IMG/VR virus record: IMGVR_UViG_3300023184_002373
Span: 1-42,172 of that record
From: a virus
Taxonomy: Duplodnaviria > Caudoviricetes
Reading direction: 5' to 3' (one strand)
DNA: 42,172 nucleotides
Part shown: piece by piece, positions 1-8,260 of the stretch
Layout of the letters: every line of letters starts with the position of its first letter
How positions within the stretch are numbered: position 1 is the first letter of the stretch
Notes under the pieces: generated by a model
What the model was told of the DNA's origin: nothing
Seen by the model: only the letters and a program-made list of their open reading frames with translations
The model's database searches: none
Position numbers and translations under genes: made by a program

Positions 1-1
1 A

Positions 2-979
2 ACTTCCGTAAAGCCCAAAGAAAGTACAGTTCAGTCTCCTGAACGAAAAAGCGAACACCCACTTGCCCATCTCATTCCTGAAAAGGATATTTTTGGCAAG
101 GATAATTACATCAGCCGTTCAATCAGTGGTCAAAGCGAATTTGACATTTTCGCTCAGGCACACGAAGAACGACACAACACACTAATCTACGGGCCGACAG
201 GGCCAGGGAAAACTTCCTCGGTGTACGCATATGCCGCAGACAAGCAAATTCCTGTAGTCAATGTCTCTTGCAACGGTGCAGCCGAACCAAGTTACTTTGT
301 CGGTGGTTGGAATCCTACAAAAGATGGCTCTGCCGATTTCTTGGCAGGCGATCTCCTATTGGCAGTTCAGCATGGTGGCATCATCTACTTGGATGAAGTC
401 AACTTTTTGCCAGCAAAGATTGCGGCTTATCTGCACTCGTTGTTGGACAAGCGCAGAATCATGTCAATTCCATCGGCTCAGGGTTCGTCAGTTCCTAGTC
501 AGGTAAAAGCGCACAAAGATTGCCAAATCATTTGCTCTTACAACCCTGATTACGAAGGTACTCGCCCTTTGAATCAAGCGTTCAAAAACCGTTTCAAGTA
601 CAAGTTGCATTTTGACTACGACTTGAAGATTGAAAACGAATTGCTTAATTCAAATGCTCTCTTGGAACTTGCTTCCAAGTTGCGTGACAGTTACAGCGTT
701 GGGGATATTACGACACCAATTGCAACAAACTTGCTCATTGAATTTGAAGAAATTAACGAAAGTCCTCTCGGCTTTGATTTTGCCGTTCAGAACTTTCTTA
801 GCGCCTTCACCGAAGATGAACAAGAAGTTGTGCGTGAAGTGTTATTGATCTCTGCCAAGAACATTTGGGAAGACCTGAACACTGGCATATTTGAAGAAGA
901 AAGCGATTTCGCTCCACGCTTCAAAGTAAAAGTAGATACAGAAGCAACAGCAGAAGCAACAGCAACACCAACGGCGTAA
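2..979 (+). CDS. MoxR/CbbQ/NirQ-type AAA+ ATPase (5'-truncated by window edge)
   Basis: Frame is open from position 2. Walker A (LIYGPTGPGKTS) lies upstream of the 221 ORF call. Walker B IIYLDEVN and the NPDYEGTRPLNQAFKNRF sensor/Arg-finger motif are present. Confidence 0.85.
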   Translation, partial: TSVKPKESTVQSPERKSEHPLAHLIPEKDIFGKDNYISRSISGQSEFDIFAQAHEERHNTLIYGPTGPGKTSSVYAYAADKQIPVVNVSCNGAAEPSYFVGGWNPTKDGSADFLAGDLLLAVQHGGIIYLDEVNFLPAKIAAYLHSLLDKRRIMSIPSAQGSSVPSQVKAHKDCQIICSYNPDYEGTRPLNQAFKNRFKYKLHFDYDLKIENELLNSNALLELASKLRDSYSVGDITTPIATNLLIEFEEINESPLGFDFAVQNFLSAFTEDEQEVVREVLLISAKNIWEDLNTGIFEEESDFAPRFKVKVDTEATAEATATPTA

Positions 980-1009
980 CTCAAAATTTGGGTCGCCACC
1001 AACACTCCA

Positions 1010-1043
1010 GTGTCGTGGGTATCCAATCTGATACCCACGACAT
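1010..1043 (+). other. Intergenic 14-bp stem-loop
   Basis: gtgtcgtgggtatc-caatct-gatacccacgacat lies between the AAA and VWA genes; there is no U-tract. Confidence 0.6.
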
Positions 1044-1084
1044 TAAGTGAAACAAACTCAACAATTAGCAAAGGAAAAAACATC

Positions 1085-3412
1085 ATGGCACGATACAAAC
1101 AGGTAAGGGTAAGTAAAAAACACAAAGAAGAAGAATATAACCAAAGGCAGTCTCTTCCACAGCCACCAACATACCAGCCACCAACACTAGGAAAACTCAA
1201 GCAAGCAGACCATGAAGAAATCATTTCTTTGACAGAATCATGGCTTGTTCTCTTCAGTCGTGTGAACAGCCTTATTTCAGGTCGTGAAATAAACTGCTCA
1301 TCAAACAACGAAGTTGGCATTGCGGCAACTGATGGTTCTTCTGTATTTTTCAATTCACAGCAACTCCAATCGTTGTTTCAAGATGCAGTGCAAGGTGGGT
1401 TCAACAAAGAAAGTTTGTTCAAGAAATTGATTGAATTTCGTGGACTGAACTATCACGAACTCTCCCATGTTCTTTGGACACCAAGAAAAAGTCAAAAGGT
1501 GTTTCGGGATATTGTTGAAGCAGATCAATCTCACCCATTCCTTAAAGGTTCTTTCTTTAAGGCGTGGAACATACTTGAAGATCAGCGAATTGAATCTCTT
1601 TTCGTTGCAAAATATCCAGCATCAGTTCCGTACTTCAAAAGCATCATTGCCAAGTACATCACTCACGGAAGACTGGAAACAAATACAAATAAAGAAGCCG
1701 ATGAAAAACAATCAATGTGGGTTCTTCTGTACGGAAGAAAGTATCTCCCATTGGAAATTCGTCTGCAAACAGAAGCAATGTTCCAACTTCATTACAAAGT
1801 AAGCGACAAGGATATTAAGTCTCTAAAGAAAATAGTTGATACATACCGTGCAATTATTTTCCCAAGGGATGCTTCAGAAGCGTTCAAACTGGTAGAACAG
1901 TTTGCTTCTCTTTTGCAAAAGATATTTCCTGTCGGTGGAATTCCTGAAGGAATATCGGTTGGTCGTCACTCTTTGAATGAAGGTCAAGTGGATTCCTTGA
2001 AAGAACAGAAGCAATCACAAAAACTCCGTGAACAGGCAGATAAAGATTTAGAAAAAGAAGAAAAAAATGCTTCTGATTCTGAAGAAAAATCTGATGATGA
2101 TTCTGATGATGATTCCGATGACAAGTCTGCTGACGACTCTGACGAAAAATCTGATGATGATGACGGTGCGCCTTCAAATCCTTCTGAAAACTCCGATGCA
2201 GATTCGGGTAACGAAGGTGAAGGCGAAGGTGAAGGTGGCGATAGTGAAGAAGATTCTTCTCCACAAAACGAAAACCACAGCGACTCTAATTCACAAGGAA
2301 AAAGCGTTGCTCAAACTGGTCAAGTGCGAAAGCCAAGCCAATCAGAAGTTACTCTTCAAGATCAAACAGATCAAATGCTTGAAGCAAGTAGCAAAGAAGT
2401 TGGCAATGAAATAAAAAAGCAGATCAAGCAAATGCGTAAATCAGTCTCTGACAACAGATTTAAGCGTTTCTTTGATAGAACGACAGCACCAGCCAGCACT
2501 TCAACTCCACCAGTTGCGTATCGGGCTTTGTCAAATACGATCTCACAATCGTTGGCAAAGTTGAAAGCCGATAAAGACAACCAATGGGATAAAGGTGTCT
2601 CTACAGGAAAGTTCAATTATTTGCGACAGGTTGAAAGTCGTGGACTCCACTTTGATATTTTTGACCAGTGGGTTGACGAAGGTGATGAACGACCTGATGC
2701 AGAAATTGTAATTCTGCTTGACACCTCTAGCAGTATGCAATGTGCAAAGTACGAATACAAGGCAATACAGGAAGCAATGGACAGTAAGGGTGAAAGACTC
2801 AACAATTGGGAAATGACAATGCACAGGGGCAACGCCTTAATAGACGAAGCATCGTGTGCTATGTGGGCGATTAAACTCGCCTGTCAGAACCAAGAAATCC
2901 CTTGCACTGTAATCGGATACGACGATTACCCTCATGCTTTGTTGACAGAATCAGATTCAGTAAGCCGTGGTCAAATAAAAATGTTTGGCGCTAAAGGCTC
3001 AACTTCTGCCTGTCAGTCAATTATGATAGCCGACCAAGTTCTTTCAAAATCAGATGCCAAATACAAACTCCTCGTCACAATAACTGACGGTGAATGGGCA
3101 GATGAATACGAAAGTTCCAAGGTGGTTGCAGATATGAACAAAAGGGGAATCAAATCTCTTCTTGTTTGTTTGGCAAACGGCTACGAAATTGACGAAAAAG
3201 CCAACAAGGTAAAGCCACAATATCCAGTAGGTATTCTCCAACCACAAAAGCGCCATATCGGTACTTATACAGAAGGTGTCGGTTATGGCTCTGCTGAAGT
3301 TGAAGTGCCAAAAGGTTATGGCTTTGCCAAGATGATCTGCGTTGAAAACTGCAAGTCTCTTACCAAGCATATTGGTGACTTGCTCGTGAAGGGGGTGGTT
3401 AATAATCACTGA
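1085..3412 (+). CDS. VWA-domain partner of the MoxR ATPase (CobT/NorD-like) with N-terminal HExxH domain and acidic linker
   Basis: YHELSHV and WNILEDQRIE motifs, a D/E/S-rich linker, then MIDAS LLDTSSSM and ITDGE. ATG at 1085 follows an AAAGGA SD. Confidence 0.8.
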   Translation: MARYKQVRVSKKHKEEEYNQRQSLPQPPTYQPPTLGKLKQADHEEIISLTESWLVLFSRVNSLISGREINCSSNNEVGIAATDGSSVFFNSQQLQSLFQDAVQGGFNKESLFKKLIEFRGLNYHELSHVLWTPRKSQKVFRDIVEADQSHPFLKGSFFKAWNILEDQRIESLFVAKYPASVPYFKSIIAKYITHGRLETNTNKEADEKQSMWVLLYGRKYLPLEIRLQTEAMFQLHYKVSDKDIKSLKKIVDTYRAIIFPRDASEAFKLVEQFASLLQKIFPVGGIPEGISVGRHSLNEGQVDSLKEQKQSQKLREQADKDLEKEEKNASDSEEKSDDDSDDDSDDKSADDSDEKSDDDDGAPSNPSENSDADSGNEGEGEGEGGDSEEDSSPQNENHSDSNSQGKSVAQTGQVRKPSQSEVTLQDQTDQMLEASSKEVGNEIKKQIKQMRKSVSDNRFKRFFDRTTAPASTSTPPVAYRALSNTISQSLAKLKADKDNQWDKGVSTGKFNYLRQVESRGLHFDIFDQWVDEGDERPDAEIVILLDTSSSMQCAKYEYKAIQEAMDSKGERLNNWEMTMHRGNALIDEASCAMWAIKLACQNQEIPCTVIGYDDYPHALLTESDSVSRGQIKMFGAKGSTSACQSIMIADQVLSKSDAKYKLLVTITDGEWADEYESSKVVADMNKRGIKSLLVCLANGYEIDEKANKVKPQYPVGILQPQKRHIGTYTEGVGYGSAEVEVPKGYGFAKMICVENCKSLTKHIGDLLVKGVVNNH

Positions 3413-3437
3413 CCAATAACCACCAATGTGATACCAT
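3409..3437 (+). promoter_or_regulatory. Putative SigA/sigma70-type promoter with extended -10
   Basis: CTGACC-N17-TACCAT with TGn. The -10 lies inside the inverted repeat gtgatac/gtatcgc and is followed by a hairpin at 3447-3476. Confidence 0.4.
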
Positions 3438-3525
3438 GTGTATCGCTGGTGACGCAACTCGGTGATTGCGTCGCCACCATCCCTCTTCACCGAACAAAAA
3501 AAACAACACAGACAAGGAGACAGTC

Positions 3526-3957
3526 ATGGCTGTCAAGAAAATGAAGAAACGCCCTGCTCGTGCAGGGGCAATAGCAGGCGATTCAGATGTGGATATTGAT
3601 TCCACGGAAGAAGAGACTGACGAAGAAGAAGAAACAGAAGAAGACGAAGTGCTTGAAGTTGTTACAAAACGACTTGTTGCACCTCGTTTTCAAGGTATCA
3701 CCAAGACAATCCTTTCAGGGGTGGATGAAATGACGAAGATTACTTTCTTCTCAAATAATCCTGAACTGGAAGTCTGCACAATTGATACAACAGATATTGA
3801 AAGCGAAGTAGTTACAGTGACGATTCTTCCTCACGCTTGGGCTACTGATCTTGCGATTGATATTTGGGATTCAGTTGAAGTAGATGCTCTTGACCCGAAT
3901 ACCTGTAATCCAATTGAAGACGGTTGGGCTTGCACCTATCCGTTGGAATTCAACTAA
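3526..3957 (+). CDS. Hypothetical acidic protein
   Basis: AAGGAG SD precedes ATG 3526, in frame with ORF 3466..3957. Confidence 0.7.
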   Translation: MAVKKMKKRPARAGAIAGDSDVDIDSTEEETDEEEETEEDEVLEVVTKRLVAPRFQGITKTILSGVDEMTKITFFSNNPELEVCTIDTTDIESEVVTVTILPHAWATDLAIDIWDSVEVDALDPNTCNPIEDGWACTYPLEFN

Positions 3958-3981
3958 CAAAAACCAAAAACCAAACCAAGT

Positions 3982-4017
3982 CAGTGGGCAGTTCTCTTTC
4001 GGGGGAACTGCCCATTG
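3982..4017 (+). other. UUCG-tetraloop hairpin (possible terminator or processing site)
   Basis: cagtgggcagttctct-ttcg-ggggaactgcccattg. Confidence 0.55.
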
Positions 4018-4043
4018 GCATTTACAACTCAAAGGGGATTGAC

Positions 4044-5195
4044 ATGAATACCACCGATGCGTATGAAATACACACTCAACTAATTGAACGCAGAAACAAA
4101 AACAAAACTATTGAAAGAGTTATCCACCACAACCAATATCGCAAAATCTTTGGCGAAAAAGAACAACAAGAAAACGATGCCTATGAAGAATCGCATTGGT
4201 TTGACCAGTTATCTTTTGCTCTTGACAAAGAAATGCTTGATTCAGCAGACACCATTTTTGTTTCTGAAAATGTGCAAGAGTTAATAGAAACGGCAAAAGC
4301 AACAATGCCCGACGAAGTTTTGTTTGAATCGGATGTTTATACTCCTGCTGGCTTTGTTGTGTTAGAAAAGCCATTTGATTATTGGGTAGAAGACGATTCA
4401 GTTGAAGAAGAAACTGTGCAAGAGATAATTAAAACATCAAGAAGGCTTAGGGATTCACACGGTTGCTCTATAACAGGCGAAAGAAAGTTTCAAAAAAACG
4501 CAAGTGGTTGCTACACAGAAAGAAATCACAGCAATGTTGTTGCTCTTGCTTTCGGCAATTTTGAAACTTTTGCCCGACCTGCTATTGATAATTTCTCAAA
4601 AACTTTTGCCAAGTTTGATGAAGAAAAAACTAAAGAATTTATTAGTTTTAGCCAACAGAGTATGCCAGCCAGTTTGCAGGTTCGGGTGTATGGGCATTTT
4701 GTTGAAACTGAAATTGATGGGTTGTCGGCGTATTCAAGTTCTCTAAGCAAAAACCTACATCTTGTAGATTGTTTAGAAATCGGATATGGAGAAGATGGTC
4801 AAATTGATTATGACCATGAAACAGAAGATGAAAATATAAAAAATTATTCAAATAATCGCAGGTTCATCATTACGCTTCTCCGACTACTTGACGATTACAT
4901 TGACGCTGATTCTTCAACAGCGCCAAGAGCATATAGCCGTAGGGGTATTCGTGCAGGAAGATCAAAGACGAACATAACTCGCTTGTCATTGCGAAAGTCT
5001 GTCTATGGAGAAACAGACAATAGCAATGGTGACAAAAAAATTGTGCTTGCCCATCTCGTTCGTGGGCATTGGCGCAAACAGTGGTATCCATCACAACAAC
5101 AACACAGAGCAAAGTGGATAAATGCCCACAGGCGTGGTGGAAATCAAACAGATGTAATTACTCAAAAACACAGACTAATTGCAGTAACAAAATAA
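4044..5195 (+). CDS. Hypothetical protein with C-terminal VRGHWRxQW motif
   Basis: AAAGGGGA SD precedes ATG 4044. The C-terminal HLVRGHWRKQWYPS...KWINAHRRG motif is typical of a phage family of unknown function. Confidence 0.75.
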   Translation: MNTTDAYEIHTQLIERRNKNKTIERVIHHNQYRKIFGEKEQQENDAYEESHWFDQLSFALDKEMLDSADTIFVSENVQELIETAKATMPDEVLFESDVYTPAGFVVLEKPFDYWVEDDSVEEETVQEIIKTSRRLRDSHGCSITGERKFQKNASGCYTERNHSNVVALAFGNFETFARPAIDNFSKTFAKFDEEKTKEFISFSQQSMPASLQVRVYGHFVETEIDGLSAYSSSLSKNLHLVDCLEIGYGEDGQIDYDHETEDENIKNYSNNRRFIITLLRLLDDYIDADSSTAPRAYSRRGIRAGRSKTNITRLSLRKSVYGETDNSNGDKKIVLAHLVRGHWRKQWYPSQQQHRAKWINAHRRGGNQTDVITQKHRLIAVTK

Positions 5196-5218
5196 CAACA
5201 ACCAACAAGGAGAAAAAC

Positions 5219-5776
5219 ATGAACACCGAAAGAAAGTGCGAAATAACAGTAGTTACTCCACAGTGTTACCAGTGTGGGGAAGAAGGCGAAATCGGTTTAA
5301 CTGCCGAAGAGTTAATTGGGTACGAACAATGGCAACAAGACAACGACAGTTACATTCAAGACTGTATGCCGACATTGCCAAAAGAGTTGCGTGAACAGTT
5401 AATCACTGGCACACACCCAAAATGTTGGGAAGAAATGTTCAACTTTGATGAAGAAGATGAATACGCTCTATCCAACGAAGACTCCCAAGGTGAAGAAGAA
5501 GATTCTTTTTCACGAACACTTGAAAATGCGTATCCAAATACTCCGTTAATTGTTTTGGTCAGTAGCCCAAGGCATGACAGATTTTTTGGTGCGTTTGCAA
5601 ATGGCAAAGAGACAATTGAATGGCTAAAGAAGCAACCAACAAGCGTTGCTTTTTCTGTCATTCCGTTGCGCTCACCATTCATCGTTCGTAATCACGATGA
5701 TTTTTACAATCCAAGAAAAGATTACGATGAATCAGAATACAACCATGAAACACCAACAGAAAGCGAGAAACAATAA
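5219..5776 (+). CDS. Hypothetical protein with CxxC...HxxC zinc-binding motif
   Basis: AAGGAG SD precedes ATG 5219. Motif CYQC...IQDCMPTLPKELREQLITGTHPKCWEEMF. Confidence 0.7.
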   Translation: MNTERKCEITVVTPQCYQCGEEGEIGLTAEELIGYEQWQQDNDSYIQDCMPTLPKELREQLITGTHPKCWEEMFNFDEEDEYALSNEDSQGEEEDSFSRTLENAYPNTPLIVLVSSPRHDRFFGAFANGKETIEWLKKQPTSVAFSVIPLRSPFIVRNHDDFYNPRKDYDESEYNHETPTESEKQ

Positions 5777-5943
5777 TGGAAGTAAGCGTTCACTATCAGG
5801 AAGGGTTTTGGTTAATGGCAATGTTTATTGCTGGATGCCTTATCACTCTGCGACTGGTACTTAAAGAAATTGACAAGTACGACAAGTACGGACAGCAAGA
5901 AGAAATTAACCGACCATATGATTGGGAAAGAGATGGTATGTAA
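5776..5943 (+). CDS. Small membrane protein (55 aa, absent from ORF track)
   Basis: TAATG coupling to the upstream gene and a stop abutting the next ATG. Translation MEVSVHYQEGFWLMAMFIAGCLITLRLVLKEIDKY...PYDWERDGM has one hydrophobic helix. Confidence 0.65.
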   Translation: MEVSVHYQEGFWLMAMFIAGCLITLRLVLKEIDKYDKYGQQEEINRPYDWERDGM

Positions 5944-6333
5944 ATGAACCACCAAACAGAAAAAGCAATTGAAAGATTAGTAATTGAAATTAACTCAGCA
6001 TCAACAGAAATTGCGAATTGGCAAACGCAACTTGATGAAGCAAAAATTGAGTTGATGTCATTACTAGAGAAACACGAATTGGACACCATTGATGTTGAAG
6101 TTCGTGAAGAAGAAACAAAAATTACAATTGTCAGACCATCACAATTAAAAATTGATGAAGAAGGTCTTGAAGATGCAGTATCTGAAGCAATTTGGCGATC
6201 AATTACAAAAAGAGTGATTGACAAAAAGGCTTTGGAAGATGCAGTGGCAAAAGGTAAGGTAGAAGCGATAACTGTAAGCAAGCACAGCAAAGAGGTAGCA
6301 ACTAAGCCATATCTGCGTATTACAAAACGCTAA
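5944..6333 (+). CDS. Hypothetical coiled-coil phage protein
   Basis: 129-aa ORF tightly packed in the operon. Confidence 0.7.
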   Translation: MNHQTEKAIERLVIEINSASTEIANWQTQLDEAKIELMSLLEKHELDTIDVEVREEETKITIVRPSQLKIDEEGLEDAVSEAIWRSITKRVIDKKALEDAVAKGKVEAITVSKHSKEVATKPYLRITKR

Positions 6334-6351
6334 CTACAGAAGGAGCAAGCA

Positions 6352-6897
6352 ATGGAACGATTATTTTCCGTTGCGCTTGCCACACTCATGGGAACGCTTT
6401 TTGCGGTACTAGGTGTTCAAGCGCAGTCAATAGAGAAAACGCCACCACCAACAAAAGTGGTGGCACTTACAACATTGGCGACCACAACGACAGCCATGAC
6501 AACAACAACGACAACAATTGCTCTTCCAGCAAATGTTCCGTCAGATCAGTCAATGCGATGCCCGAAATATGAGACATTGTTTGCACAGTACGGATTACCA
6601 GTGCAAATCTTTTCGTACATTGCATGGCGAGAAAGCCACTGCAACCCTCTAGCGATAAACGCAAAGTGGGATGCAAATGGAAATATGATATCCAGCCTCA
6701 ACAGCAACGAAACTTGGGATACAGGATTGCTACAAATTAACTCTTCTTGGATTCGTAGTGTTCGTAAAGTTTGTGGCGTTAATACAGGTAGCACAAGAGG
6801 CGACTTACAAGCCTTGACTGACCCTGAATGTAATGTGAGATTCGCCAAGTGGATTATGGATAACACCACTGGTGGATTGGCAAACTGGAGAATGTAA
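6352..6897 (+). CDS. Secreted SLT-family lytic transglycosylase
   Basis: Signal peptide, Thr-rich linker, IAWRESHCNP (catalytic Glu) and DTGLLQIN motifs, AAGGAG SD. Confidence 0.85.
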   Translation: MERLFSVALATLMGTLFAVLGVQAQSIEKTPPPTKVVALTTLATTTTAMTTTTTTIALPANVPSDQSMRCPKYETLFAQYGLPVQIFSYIAWRESHCNPLAINAKWDANGNMISSLNSNETWDTGLLQINSSWIRSVRKVCGVNTGSTRGDLQALTDPECNVRFAKWIMDNTTGGLANWRM

Positions 6898-6903
6898 CAC
6901 CCG

Positions 6904-6950
6904 ACCCAAGTATCTGCATCACCCCTCGGTGCAGGTACTTGGGTTTTTTT
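6904..6950 (+). terminator. Intrinsic terminator closing the early module
   Basis: acccaagtatctgcatc-acccctc-ggtgcaggtacttgggt followed by a T-run. Confidence 0.85.
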
Positions 6951-7032
6951 ATGCCCAAAATCTCCCCGAAACATCAAAATAATTTGTGCCTCAAAAATTT
7001 GTGCGCCACCAAGTCTCGTGTATAGTGCTTGT

Positions 7033-7314
7033 ATGGCAATTGATTACACAACGAGTCCGACTAATTACCATGAACTAGTTGACTCTGTTCGTGGGCAGGT
7101 TGAAAGAACTCGTGAATTGAAGATGATGGGCGAAACAATTTCCCCCGAAGAGTGCGTGACAATGACTTCTGAATCAATGCTTTCGTTGCTTGACCGTATG
7201 GAAACCATGTCTGAAATAATCTCTCATCAGGCGCATATGTTTGTGCAGATTGAGGGTATGTTTCGCATGGTTTTTGACCAATTTGGCATGGGTGATGCGA
7301 GCAAAGAAGACTGA
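7033..7314 (+). CDS. Hypothetical protein (probably leaderless)
   Basis: TATAGT at 7021-7026 ends 6 nt before ATG 7033; no SD. Confidence 0.65.
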   Translation: MAIDYTTSPTNYHELVDSVRGQVERTRELKMMGETISPEECVTMTSESMLSLLDRMETMSEIISHQAHMFVQIEGMFRMVFDQFGMGDASKED

Positions 7315-7579
7315 CATAGAGCGCTTTAAGCGCCATGTGCAAGTTGAAGACGAGTGTTGGGTATGGACAGGTAGAAAGAATGTGGCTGGATATGGGGAGT
7401 TTAAGCACAATGACAAAAAGCATCGGGCACATAGGTGGATTTGGCAGGTTCTAAACGGAGACTTGCCCCAAGATATAGCAGTTGACCACCTATGCCGAAA
7501 CAGGGCTTGTGTACGCCCATCTCATCTAGAACCTGCAACCAACGAAGAAAATACGAGGCGTGGAATAAATCGCAGATAA
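7295..7579 (+). CDS. HNH endonuclease (HNH_3 type)
   Basis: ECWVWTG...GYG...RAHR...VDHLCRNRACVRPSHLE...EEN. Confidence 0.9.
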   Translation: MRAKKTDIERFKRHVQVEDECWVWTGRKNVAGYGEFKHNDKKHRAHRWIWQVLNGDLPQDIAVDHLCRNRACVRPSHLEPATNEENTRRGINRR

Positions 7580-7582
7580 TAC

Positions 7583-7611
7583 TTGCAATTGCTTCAATAA
7601 GTATGTATGAT
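7583..7611 (+). promoter_or_regulatory. SigA/sigma70-type promoter
   Basis: TTGCAA-N17-TATGAT upstream of an AAAGGAG SD. Confidence 0.65.
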
Positions 7612-7639
7612 GTTCAATACCAAACAAAAGGAGAATGGG

Positions 7640-7849
7640 ATGAACATAACAGTAAGGCTAATACTTCCAACTCGTGTGGTTGAACTACACGGTGAACCCG
7701 AAACGGTAGTAGAAGAAATGGAGGCACTAATCGCACTTGAATCAGATATTGGGGAATCATATGCAGAGATAATTCCGTTCCCTACAGTCAATAAAAGAAA
7801 CCACCCAAGTTTTCCGCAACTTCCATTTGGAGATAACAATGAAGAATGA
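7640..7849 (+). CDS. Hypothetical protein
   Basis: SD precedes ATG 7640; the ORF overlaps the start of whiB. Confidence 0.6.
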   Translation: MNITVRLILPTRVVELHGEPETVVEEMEALIALESDIGESYAEIIPFPTVNKRNHPSFPQLPFGDNNEE

Positions 7850-8096
7850 AGACTGGCGTGAACAGGCATCTTGCCGTGGCATGGATGTCTCCGTGTTTAT
7901 TCCTACAACTGGAAAGCGTGGCAGACCAGTTGCAAACGAATATAAAAAAGCAAGAGCGATTTGCGAACTTTGCAAAGTAAAAGTTTCTTGTTTGAACTTT
8001 GCTCTTACAAGTGGATTTAACGAATTTGGAATCTTTGGTGGATTGTCACCAAAGGCTAGACAAGTTCTCTTGCGTAAGCGCAAGGTAAAAGCGTAA
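7839..8096 (+). CDS. whiB: WhiB-family Fe-S transcription factor
   Basis: DWREQASC...ARAICELCKVKVSC...FGIFGGLSPKAR has four Cys and the G(V/I)xGG turn. Confidence 0.9.
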   Translation: MKNEDWREQASCRGMDVSVFIPTTGKRGRPVANEYKKARAICELCKVKVSCLNFALTSGFNEFGIFGGLSPKARQVLLRKRKVKA

Positions 8097-8104
8097 CGGC
8101 AACC

Positions 8105-8184
8105 GAGTGGGGTTCTAGTGCTACTTATCCCTTTCTGCGTTAGAGTTGCTGTCCATTGTTAATAGCAATGGCGAAACCCCACTC
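8105..8184 (+). ncRNA. Candidate structured RNA (three-way junction) downstream of whiB
   Basis: gagtggggtt/aaccccactc closes two inner hairpins; one loop is pyrimidine-rich (tacttatccctttct). Confidence 0.4.
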
Positions 8185-8195
8185 AACCTTAATAC

Positions 8196-8224
8196 TTGAC
8201 AATGTTCAGCAATGAAAGTAATGT
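8196..8224 (+). promoter_or_regulatory. SigA/sigma70-type promoter for the replication operon
   Basis: TTGACA-N17-TAATGT, with the same TAATAC flank as the 7583 promoter. Confidence 0.65.
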
Positions 8225-8260
8225 ACATAATTCACCAATCAAACATAAGGAGAAGCACCA

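Noticed and set aside
2040-2300. Tandem DNA repeats (gatgattct, gaaggt)
   Set aside because: These reflect low-complexity coding of the acidic linker in the VWA protein, not a repeat element.
7295-7579. HNH gene as part of a mobile intron
   Set aside because: It is free-standing and interrupts no gene; no intron structure was seen.
8105-8184. Hammerhead ribozyme (three stems plus CGAAAC)
   Set aside because: The junction where CUGANGA is required reads AGUUGCU, so the catalytic core is absent. Kept only as a structured RNA candidate.
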